From NCBI GenBank assembly GCA_000175855.1, contig ACYB01000033.1, positions 1 through 15,539 of the forward strand: a stretch of 15,539 nucleotides of DNA, in the 5' to 3' direction. Of the stretch, positions 1 through 6,511 are shown in pieces; within the stretch, counting starts at the first letter, position 1, and each line of letters begins with the position of its first letter. The notes under the pieces are model-generated. The model was not told where the DNA came from. It searched no databases and worked only from the letters and a program-made list of their open reading frames with translations. The DNA comes from Raphidiopsis brookii D9. GTDB lineage: Bacteria; Cyanobacteriota; Cyanobacteriia; Cyanobacteriales; Nostocaceae. The translations under genes and the position numbers were made by a program.

Positions 1-439
1 CCATAATAAAGTCAAAAGCAAACCGACACATTCTGTCTTTGTGCGCCACAACAATTGTCGATATTTCACCTTTAAGCATTGATAACATAATTGATAAAAA
101 CTTTTTTCTTTTAAAGTTTAATCCGCCTCCAATCTCTGAAACCCAATCATCAACAGCTAACCCACGACTCAAACAAAATGTTTCCATCGCGGATATTTGG
201 TTTCTGAGTTCGGGTTTTTGGCTACTCGAAGAAACTCTACAATAAACAACTACTTTTCGTTTTGAGTCTACAGGTTTTAATCCCTGGGTAATCAGTAAAT
301 CATCTTCAGTATAAAAACGATGCCCCGACAATGTTCTTTTAGCTGGAAGTCTCCCTTGAACATCCCATCTTTGCAAGGTCTTGACTGAAACTCCGATTTT
401 TTTAGCAAATTCATGAGGTTTAAACATAAAGTCACTCAT
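1..439 (-). CDS. tnpA: IS607-family transposase TnpA (serine recombinase with N-terminal MerR-like HTH); only the N-terminal 146 codons are present and the gene continues past the left window edge
   Basis: Not in the supplied ORF track because it is open at the edge. My reverse-strand translation from the ATG at 439-437 reads MSDFMFKPHEFAKKIGVSVKTLQRWDVQGRLPAKRTLSGHRFYTEDDLLITQGLKPVDSKRKVVVYCRVSSSSQKPELRNQISAMETFCLSRGLAVDDWVSEIGGGLNFKRKKFLSIMLSMLKGEISTIVVAHKDRMCRFAFDFIM. It has an HTH (GVSVKTLQRW) followed by the serine-recombinase nucleophile motif VYCRVSSSSQ. That combination is the IS607 TnpA architecture. Confidence 0.85.
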   Translation of the reverse strand, partial: MSDFMFKPHEFAKKIGVSVKTLQRWDVQGRLPAKRTLSGHRFYTEDDLLITQGLKPVDSKRKVVVYCRVSSSSQKPELRNQISAMETFCLSRGLAVDDWVSEIGGGLNFKRKKFLSIMLSMLKGEISTIVVAHKDRMCRFAFDFIM

Positions 440-440
440 A

Positions 441-471
441 GGTTTGTCTATCAGTGTACGGGTTTATCTAT
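441..471. repeat. Two 11-bp subterminal direct repeats with a 20-bp period between the tnpA start and the IS end; candidate TnpA binding sites
   Basis: GGTTTGTCTAT at 441-451 and GGTTTATCTAT at 461-471 match at 10 of 11 positions, two helical turns apart. IS607-family ends are known to carry multiple subterminal TnpA-binding repeats. Confidence 0.5.
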
Positions 472-623
472 TAAAATGTCAACTTAGGACAAGCTCCGAT
501 TACAGCACTACGGGATTTTTGGGGGTTGAACCTGGATGTGACCAAATATCTCAATCAAGCGATCGCTCTTCTTACTATCTCCTATTACAGCGCCACGGAA
601 TTTTTTTCGAGGGGGGTTGACTA

Positions 624-652
624 TTGACCGTCAGACGTGATACTCTGATAAT
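624..652 (+). promoter_or_regulatory. Sigma70-type promoter consensus inside long unit U2
   Basis: TTGACC (624-629), 17-nt spacer, GATAAT (647-652). Confidence 0.4.
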
Positions 653-922
653 GGAAATCTGTGCAATTTTTTTACAAACGCTCATACTCCATTATACTCA
701 ACCATCATAATACCACATTTCCACCACTTCGACCACAAAAAAACTTATCTCAACCCCTTATAAACATAATTTTTCCTTATTACTCACCTTTACATATATG
801 GATTAAGACAATTGTATTTCTAATACTACTAATATTTTGCCCACCTTCACCAAAAAGCGATCGCTCTTCTTACTATCTCCTAATTACAGCGCCACGGAAT
901 TTTTTTCGAGGGGGGTTGACTA

Positions 923-951
923 TTGACCGTTGGACGTGGTACCCTGATAAT
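923..951 (+). promoter_or_regulatory. Sigma70-type promoter consensus inside long unit U3
   Basis: TTGACC (923-928), 17-nt spacer, GATAAT (946-951). Confidence 0.4.
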
Positions 952-1480
952 GGGAATCTTTGCAATTTTTTTTACAAATGCTCACACTCCATTGTACTCA
1001 ACCATCATAATACCACATTTCCACCACTTCGACCACAAAAAAACTTATCTCAACCCTCTATAACCATAATTTTTCCTTATTACCTACCCTTATATACATG
1101 GATTGAGGCAATTGTATTTCTAACACTACTAATATTTTCCCCCTTCACCAAAGAGCGATCGCTATTTACCTTACCTCCCATTACAGCACCACGGGATTTT
1201 TGGGGGTTGAATACTGGATGTGACCATAGTATCCCAACAAGGCGATCGTTCTTCTTACTATCTTCCATTACAGCACCGCAGGATTTTTGGAGGTCGAATA
1301 CTGAATGTGACTATAGTATCCCAACAAGGCGATCGCTATTCACCTTATCTCCTAATTACAGCACCGTAGGATTTTTGGGGGTTGAATACTGGATGTGACC
1401 ATAGTATCCCAACAAGGCGATTGCTATTTACCTTATCTCCTATTACAGCGGCACCGAATTTTTTCCGAGGGGGTTGACTA

Positions 1481-1509
1481 TTGACTGTTGGACGTGGTAC
1501 CGTGATAAT
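1481..1509 (+). promoter_or_regulatory. Sigma70-type promoter consensus inside long unit U7
   Basis: TTGACT (1481-1486), 17-nt spacer, GATAAT (1504-1509). Confidence 0.4.
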
Positions 1510-1777
1510 GGGAATCTTTGCATTTTTTTTTACAAACGCTCACACTCCATTATACTCAACCCTCATAATACCACATTTCCACCACTTCGACCACAAAAAA
1601 ACTTATCTCAACCCCTTATAAACATAATTTTTCCTTATTACTCACCTTTACATATATGGATTGAGACAATTGTATTTCTAACATTACTAATATTTTCCCC
1701 CTTCACCAAAAAGCGATCGCCATTTACCTTATCTCCTATTACAGCGCCACCGAATTTTCTTCCAGGGGGGTTGACTA

Positions 1778-1806
1778 TTGACCGTTGGACGTGGTACCCT
1801 GATAAT
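1778..1806 (+). promoter_or_regulatory. Sigma70-type promoter consensus inside long unit U8
   Basis: TTGACC (1778-1783), 17-nt spacer, GATAAT (1801-1806). Confidence 0.4.
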
Positions 1807-2073
1807 GAGAATCTGTGCATTTTTTTTACAAATGGTCACACTCCATTATACTCAACCCTCATAATACCACACTTTCGACCACAAAAAAACTTATCTCAAC
1901 TCTCTATAAACATAATTTTTCCTTATTACTCACCCTTATACACATGTATTGAGGGATTAAGGCAATTGTATTTCTAACATTACTAATATTTTCCCCCTTC
2001 ACCAAAGAGCGATCGCTATTTACCTTACCTCCCATTACAGCACCACGGAATTTTCTTCCAGGGGGGTTGACTA

Positions 2074-2102
2074 TTGACCGTTGGACGTGGTACCGTGATA
2101 AT
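2074..2102 (+). promoter_or_regulatory. Sigma70-type promoter consensus inside long unit U9
   Basis: TTGACC (2074-2079), 17-nt spacer, GATAAT (2097-2102). Confidence 0.4.
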
Positions 2103-2583
2103 GGGAATTTGTGCAATTTTTTTACGAATGCTCACACTCCATTATACTCAACCCTCATAATACCACATTTCTACCACTTCGACCACAAAAAAACTTATCT
2201 CAACCCTCTATAACCATAATTTTTCCTTATTACTCACCTTTGTATATATGGATTGAGGCAATTGTATTTCTAACACTACTAATATTTTCCCCCTTCACCA
2301 AAGAGCGATCGCTATTCACCTTATCTCCTAATTACAGCACCGCAGGATTTTTGGAGATTGAATACTGAATGTGACCATAGTATCCCAACAAGGCGATCGC
2401 TATTCACCTTATCTCCTAATTACAGCACCACGGGATTTTTGGGGGTTGAATACTGGATGTGACCATGATATCCCAGCAAAGCGATCGCCATTCACCTTAT
2501 CTCCTATTACAGCGCCACGGAATTTTTTTCGAGGGGGGGTTGACTATTGACTGTTGGATATATATGAATTAAGAGGATCTATA

Positions 2584-3069
2584 TTAACTGTTAATCAGGT
2601 TCTGTAAAAAAGCTATATAGCTTGTTAACTCATTAAAAACCAGAGGTACTGCCCTTTCATAGATCTTGGCTAAATACTCTAAACGAGACCAATCATAGTT
2701 AAAATCGTAGTAATATCTTTTAAAGTGACGGAATCGTCGTAACTCATCCAATAGTTCGTAGGAGTGGTGGGACAAAAGAGCTTGACGAATTCCAGGAATC
2801 TCAATCCGCATTTTGCGCAATAGTTCTTTGTGCCATTGGGAATCATCCAGGTGGTTTTCAAATTCCCTAGAAATGCGTAGAAATATAGTTTCTAAACAAG
2901 TATAAGTATTACAAAAGATGTCCGCCAGCAAAACTGCATCTCGAATATCTCGTTTGCTCTCATCGGTAAAAAAAGGTTTATAGGTATTATATAACTTTTC
3001 CAAATCTTTCGATACTTTTTGACCTTCTTCAATTTCCGCAATTAAAACTGGCAAACTATCATGATGCAT
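2584..3069 (-). CDS. HEPN-superfamily (HepT-like) putative RNase toxin, partner of the upstream nucleotidyltransferase
   Basis: 161-aa ORF with all-alpha-looking composition. Its start overlaps the stop of the NTase gene by 11 nt. The C-terminal motif LDELRRFRHFKRYYYDF resembles the R..H..Y signature of HepT-like/DUF86-type HEPN toxins. The spacing here is R-x3-H rather than the textbook R-x4-6-H, so the family call rests partly on gene context. Confidence 0.5.
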   Translation of the reverse strand: MHHDSLPVLIAEIEEGQKVSKDLEKLYNTYKPFFTDESKRDIRDAVLLADIFCNTYTCLETIFLRISREFENHLDDSQWHKELLRKMRIEIPGIRQALLSHHSYELLDELRRFRHFKRYYYDFNYDWSRLEYLAKIYERAVPLVFNELTSYIAFLQNLINS

Positions 3070-3421
3070 AAATAACCTTACCCTTAAGCAATAGGATTTG
3101 TTGAAAAGCAGGATGAATATCTTCCCAACGAATCAAATCCAAAGAAAAGTTAGTCATAGCTTCTGCATCTGCAAACAAGCGAAGAAAAATTAAAGGTTCA
3201 ATACCCAACACTGCTAAATCAATATCAGAAACAGAGGAAAAATGTTCTGGCGCTAAAACTGACCCCCATTGAATAATTTGTTTAGGCGCGTATTCCTGAA
3301 TAATCATGGCAACAATTCTTTCCGAGTCCAGTTTAGCTTTTTGCCAAAGAAGGTGACGCTCATTTTGACGTGACCTTTGTTTATCTAGATAGAATTGCTT
3401 TGCTTTAGTATAATCAAACAT
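3059..3421 (-). CDS. Minimal nucleotidyltransferase (MntA-like antitoxin of a type VII NTase/HEPN pair)
   Basis: 120 aa. It carries the classic pol-beta-fold NTase signature G-S-x11-D-x-D (WGSVLAPEHFSSVSDIDLAV). It lies immediately upstream of, and overlaps, the HEPN-like ORF. Confidence 0.75.
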   Translation of the reverse strand: MFDYTKAKQFYLDKQRSRQNERHLLWQKAKLDSERIVAMIIQEYAPKQIIQWGSVLAPEHFSSVSDIDLAVLGIEPLIFLRLFADAEAMTNFSLDLIRWEDIHPAFQQILLLKGKVIYAS

Positions 3422-3503
3422 TATATTTCTTTCCTAATTTTTTAAATCTCCCATTTTAGTTCCCATGATATATAATAAGGGATTGTGTCAATTATTAGCC
3501 ACC

Positions 3504-3701
3504 ATGCCTAAACTCAAGACCCGAAAAGCTGCAGCAAAAAGATTCCGCGTTACCGGTAGTGGTAAGATTGTGCGTCGCAAAGCCTTCAAAAACCATTTGT
3601 TAGAACATAAAACATCTGGCAAGAAGCGCAGTCTGTCAAAAATGGCAGTTGTAGACGAAAGGGATGAAGATAATGTGCGCTTAATGTTGCCCTATCTATA
3701 A
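3504..3701 (+). CDS. rpmI: 50S ribosomal protein L35
   Basis: I trimmed the ORF-track ORF 3465..3701 to the ATG at 3504. This gives the canonical N-terminus [36 protein letters not shown] (65 aa). Confidence 0.95.
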   Translation: MPKLKTRKAAAKRFRVTGSGKIVRRKAFKNHLLEHKTSGKKRSLSKMAVVDERDEDNVRLMLPYL

Positions 3702-3761
3702 GTCTTGTCAACTTTGGAGTTAGTTAATTAAAATTGTTGAAATCATTTAGGTAAAGTAAAA

Positions 3762-4118
3762 ATGACTCGTGTAAAACGCGGTAATGTTGCTCGTAACCGT
3801 CGCAACAAAATCCTCAAATTAGCCAAGGGTTTTCGTGGATCCCATTCTACCCTATTTAGAACTGCTAATCAACAGGTAATGAAGGCACTCAGAAGTGCCT
3901 ATAGAGATAGAAAAAAGAAAAAGCGTGATTTTCGTCGTTTGTGGATTACAAGAATTAACGCTGCTTCTAGACAACAAGGTTTAAGCTACAGTCAGTTAAT
4001 TGGCAACTTGAAAAAAGCTAATGTGGAGTTAAACCGAAAAATGCTAGCCCAATTGGCAGTGTTAGATCCTGCTACTTTTGCTAAGGTAGCTGAATTAGCC
4101 AGTTCCGTAAAAGGTTAG
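3762..4118 (+). CDS. rplT: 50S ribosomal protein L20
   Basis: [43 protein letters not shown]... is an unmistakable L20. It follows rpmI in the conserved order. Confidence 0.97.
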   Translation: MTRVKRGNVARNRRNKILKLAKGFRGSHSTLFRTANQQVMKALRSAYRDRKKKKRDFRRLWITRINAASRQQGLSYSQLIGNLKKANVELNRKMLAQLAVLDPATFAKVAELASSVKG

Positions 4119-4194
4119 AGAGCGGTTGGGGAAAATGCTAGTATCCCCTTCCCGTTTCTCAAGCAATTTTTGGCTGTTTCCATTTTAGTTGTTT

Positions 4195-4635
4195 ATGAGT
4201 CTATACAAAACGGATTATTATCTGTGGGTAGTAGAAACAGTTAACCAACTGCAAAGTCGTGATTTTACATCTATTGACTGGGAAAATCTCATTGAAGAGG
4301 TATGGGACTTGGGTCGCTCAGAAAAGATGAAACTTAAAAGTCTTTTAAGGAATCTATTTGAGCATTTGCTTAAACTAACCTACTGGGAATCCGAAATAGA
4401 TAGAAACAAATTTCATTGGCGAGGTGAAATCCGTAATTTTCGCCAACAAATTCAAGATGAGCTAAAAGACAGTCCCAGTCTGAAAAATTATCTGGATGAA
4501 GTTCTGTTAGAATGTTACCAAGATGCTAAGGAAATATTTGCGGATAAATCACAAATCCCTTTAAGTAGTTTACCGGAAATTTCCATGGGCACCTTAGAAG
4601 AGATATTAGATGCAAAATGGTTGCCAAACCAATGA
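4195..4635 (+). CDS. DUF29 domain-containing protein
   Basis: I trimmed ORF 4189..4635 (TTG start) to the ATG at 4195. YKTDYYLWVVETVNQLQSRDFTSIDWENLIEEVWDLGRSEKMKLKSLLRNLFEHLLKLTYW matches the DUF29 pattern (Y..D.Y.W...QA..L......D.ENL.EE...LG.SE...L.S.L..L..HLLKW). Confidence 0.8.
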   Translation: MSLYKTDYYLWVVETVNQLQSRDFTSIDWENLIEEVWDLGRSEKMKLKSLLRNLFEHLLKLTYWESEIDRNKFHWRGEIRNFRQQIQDELKDSPSLKNYLDEVLLECYQDAKEIFADKSQIPLSSLPEISMGTLEEILDAKWLPNQ

Positions 4636-5441
4636 AATTTTTCCTTTTTTCCTTAGGTTTCCTCCCCCTAACCATCTTACTTTTTTCCTGGGTGGTTTTA
4701 CCCCTACCTGGCACAATAAATACCAGCTTGGCAGCAACCATGCAGGAAATTGAAGAAAGGGGGTACATAACCATTGCAGTAAAGGATAACATTCCTCCCC
4801 TAGCATTTAGGGATAAACAGGGCAATTTACAGGGTCTGGAAATTGATCTGGCCAAACGTTTGACTAGGGACTTGTTGGGTGATTCCCCAAGTTCCAGGGT
4901 TAAATTGCAAGTTAAATTCCAACCGGTAACTAATATGGAACGTCTACCAGTAGTATTCAACCATAGGGTGGATTTAGCCATAGCAAGAGTCACTGCTACT
5001 CCTTCTCGTTCCCGCATAGTTAGCTTGAGTATCCCTTATTACTATGATGGCACGGCCATAGTGACAAAAAACCTGACTATTCAAAAACCATCAGACCTCA
5101 ATAAGCGTCGGATTTGCGTACTCAACTATTCCAGTACTATTCCCCATGTTAGATATGCTATTCCCCAAGGGGAGTTGGTGGGTGTGAATTCTTACTTAGA
5201 AGCCAAAAAACTATTAGATAATGGTCAAGTAGACGCTTGTGCAGCAGACTCTACTGTATTCCAAGGTTGGATAGAAGCAGATAATCAATATAGCCAATAT
5301 AAAATACTACTAGACAAACTGTCAGTAGAACCACTGTCAATAGTTATGCCTAAGGGACTACAGTATGATGAACTAAGAACAAGAGTGAATGACTTAATAG
5401 CTGATTACATGGCACAAGGCTGGTTGAAGAGTCCCTATTAA
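4632..5441 (+). CDS. Periplasmic substrate-binding protein, family 3 (amino-acid ABC transporter SBP type); orphan, with no permease or ATPase adjacent
   Basis: I prefer the start at ATG 4632, which forms an ATGA overlap with the DUF29 stop, over ATG 4617. The N-terminal signal-like segment is MKFFLFSLGFLPLTILLFSWVVLPLPG. It is followed by GYITIAVKDNIPPLAFRDKQGNLQGLEIDLAKRL, typical of SBP_bac_3 proteins. Confidence 0.8.
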   Translation: MKFFLFSLGFLPLTILLFSWVVLPLPGTINTSLAATMQEIEERGYITIAVKDNIPPLAFRDKQGNLQGLEIDLAKRLTRDLLGDSPSSRVKLQVKFQPVTNMERLPVVFNHRVDLAIARVTATPSRSRIVSLSIPYYYDGTAIVTKNLTIQKPSDLNKRRICVLNYSSTIPHVRYAIPQGELVGVNSYLEAKKLLDNGQVDACAADSTVFQGWIEADNQYSQYKILLDKLSVEPLSIVMPKGLQYDELRTRVNDLIADYMAQGWLKSPY

Positions 5442-5471
5442 ACCGCTTGACAGGTATCGCTTTAGCCAGAC

Positions 5472-5996
5472 CTAGTTAGAGACCAATCTTTGTAAAGACT
5501 GAATACGTCTTTTGGCAATAGGATTATTCGGATTGAATTTAATTGCTTCTTGGTAAGTCTGTAAAGCTTGCGAGGGGAGTTTCTTCTTCTCGTAGGCGTG
5601 GGCAAGATTATTCAAAGCAGTAACATAATCTGGTTTTAATTTTAGCGCTTCTTTATATTGTCGAATAGCTAAATCATATTGGTCTTGACAGAAGTAAACA
5701 TAACCTAGGGCATTATATACAGGACCAATATCCTGTTCTTGCTCCTCCTCAGCTGCTTTAATAGCCTTTTGGTAGAGGGTAATAGCTTGGCTAAAAACCT
5801 TTTTCTCGGAATAAATACTTGCTAGTTCGTAATATTCTTGGGCGGAACCCTTTTCCTTCGTCAATTTATTTTTCAAGCGCGCAAGGGAGTTTTCAGTTTT
5901 GCGGGTTTTGATCACCTGACGAAAAACACTAATGGCCGCAAACAGAAGTAACCCAACAAATATTGAAAGATAGATGATAATTAGGTTGTTATCCAT
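5472..5996 (-). CDS. Membrane-anchored tetratricopeptide (TPR) repeat protein
   Basis: ORF 5472..6017 starts with TTG, and I prefer the internal ATG at 5996. It has an N-terminal TM helix (LIIIYLSIFVGLLLFAAISVF). TPR-like repeats follow (AQEYYELASIYSEKK.., YNALGYVYFCQDQYDLAIRQYKEALKLKPDY, ALNNLAHAYEKKKLPSQALQTYQEAIKFNPNN). Confidence 0.8.
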   Translation of the reverse strand: MDNNLIIIYLSIFVGLLLFAAISVFRQVIKTRKTENSLARLKNKLTKEKGSAQEYYELASIYSEKKVFSQAITLYQKAIKAAEEEQEQDIGPVYNALGYVYFCQDQYDLAIRQYKEALKLKPDYVTALNNLAHAYEKKKLPSQALQTYQEAIKFNPNNPIAKRRIQSLQRLVSN

Positions 5997-6071
5997 ACTT
6001 GATAATTTACTTGGCAAATTCCTATAGAATTAATTCATAACTAGTTTAACATCAAGTAAGTATTAACCATA

Positions 6072-6093
6072 GTCCCCCTTAGTCAAGGGGGAC
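6072..6093 (-). terminator. Stem-loop downstream of rbcS (possible rbcLXS terminator; poor U-tract)
   Basis: GTCCCCCTT (6072-6080), AGTC loop, AAGGGGGAC (6085-6093) form a perfect 9-bp stem 44 nt downstream of the rbcS stop. Confidence 0.4.
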
Positions 6094-6136
6094 AAGATTA
6101 AGAGAATGAAATTCCCCAACTCTCCTATATATTAGA

Positions 6137-6466
6137 TTAGTATCTAGTAGGCTTATGAACAATAAAGCTCAATACTTGACACTGTTTGATGTTATCAAAA
6201 CCTACAACCCGAATGTAGCAGTTGCTGTATTGAGAACGACAAGACTGTACTTCCCCTAACACCTCGCGGGTGGTTTTGGCGTTGAACAAGGGTAGCTTCC
6301 ACAATGTCCAGAAAAACTCTGTGGGTTCAGAAGTCTCATTGAACTCCACTGCAGGAATATACCCTTGGCTCAAAATGTATTGCACTTGTTTCTCAATTTG
6401 TGCATCCGACAGAGGAGGAAGATAGGATAGGGTTTCGTAACGACGCTCTTTTGGTAAGGTTTGCAT
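6137..6466 (-). CDS. rbcS: RuBisCO small subunit
   Basis: [44 protein letters not shown]...[14 protein letters not shown] is the canonical form IB small subunit (109 aa). Confidence 0.97.
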   Translation of the reverse strand: MQTLPKERRYETLSYLPPLSDAQIEKQVQYILSQGYIPAVEFNETSEPTEFFWTLWKLPLFNAKTTREVLGEVQSCRSQYSNCYIRVVGFDNIKQCQVLSFIVHKPTRY

Positions 6467-6511
6467 AGCTAAACGCTCTGTGGCTATAGTTTACTACTGG
6501 TTGTGCTGGTT

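Larger units (their letters stand above)
1..490 (-). mobile_element. Partial IS607-family insertion sequence (tnpA-proximal end). The exact terminus is not determinable; it lies roughly at 484-493, where homology to the neighbouring repeat array begins
   Basis: It contains the tnpA 5' part and two subterminal direct repeats immediately upstream of the ATG. The adjacent array unit is 5'-truncated at about 494. A tnpB, if present, would lie left of the window. Confidence 0.6.
494..2558. repeat. Composite tandem array of an unclassified repeat family: 12 HIP1-phased units of two size classes
   Basis: Units are measured HIP1 start to HIP1 start. U1 494-558 is short, 5'-truncated and diverged. 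U2 559-856 and U3 857-1154 are long (298 bp each). U4 1155-1241, U5 1242-1328 and U6 1329-1416 are short (87, 87, 88 bp). U7 1417-1712, U8 1713-2008 and U9 2009-2304 are long (296 bp each). U10 2305-2392 and U11 2393-2480 are short (88 bp each). U12 2481-2558 is a long type truncated after about 78 bp. The shared core ATTACAGCRCCRCGGRATTTTT..GGGGGTTGA starts at 499, 584, 883, 1180, 1267, 1355, 1442, 1738, 2034, 2331, 2419 and 2506. Perfect GCGATCGC sits at 9 unit boundaries and a one-mismatch version at 2 (1242, 1417). Confidence 0.95.

Noticed and set aside
39-245. 68-aa plus-strand ORF at the left edge
   Set aside because: It lies antisense within the clearly recognisable IS607 tnpA coding region and has no homology features.
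2097-2115. Fur-box-like sequence overlapping the -10 of each long unit (GATAATGGGAATTTGTGCA and variants)
   Set aside because: It matches the 19-bp GATAATGATAATCATTATC consensus at only 12-13 of 19 positions. Most of that comes from the GATAATG that already defines the -10-like hexamer, so it is not distinguishable from chance in A+T-rich DNA.
661-2368. Long plus-strand ORFs running through the repeat array (661..1398 at 245 aa, 1474..1977 at 167 aa, 2111..2368 at 85 aa) and the 60-70 aa minus-strand ORFs (1080..1268, 1638..1820, 1904..2116)
   Set aside because: The translations are low-complexity and match no domain I know. Copies differ mostly by amino-acid-changing substitutions (e.g. MHRFSLSGYHV..FGGAVIGDKVNGDRF versus MHKFPLSRYHV..FRGAVMGGKVNSDRS), so there is no sign of purifying selection. 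Unit lengths (296-298, 87-88 bp) are not multiples of 3, and frame continuity across units depends on chance single-base indels in T-runs. The openness is best explained by the strand-biased, stop-poor composition of the repeat.
494-2558. CRISPR array interpretation (a ~35-nt repeat ending in GGGGGTTGA, vaguely like ..GGGTTGAAAG repeat ends of cyanobacterial type V-K/I-D arrays)
   Set aside because: The segments between the cores are not unique spacers. They are themselves repeated in two fixed versions and have non-CRISPR lengths (about 50 and about 260 bp). The core has no 5'/3' complementary ends, and no cas gene is in the window.
2547-2575. Possible outward promoter from the truncated last unit U12 reading antisense into the TA operon
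   Set aside because: Only the -35-like TTGACT (2547-2552) survives the truncation. The hexamer 17 nt downstream is TAAGAG, which is not a credible -10.
2679-2861. Nested or alternative-frame ORFs inside real genes (2679..2861 -, 10266..10460 -, 11905..12090 +, 14689..14874 -)
   Set aside because: Each lies wholly within, or antisense to, a longer ORF with strong homology-type evidence (HEPN-like gene, DAAO/ATP-grasp gene, ndhH), and none has independent support.
4526-5017. Minus-strand ORFs 4526..5017 (163 aa) and 4606..4806 (66 aa)
   Set aside because: They are antisense shadows of the DUF29 and substrate-binding-protein genes. Their composition is arbitrary and no motifs are present.
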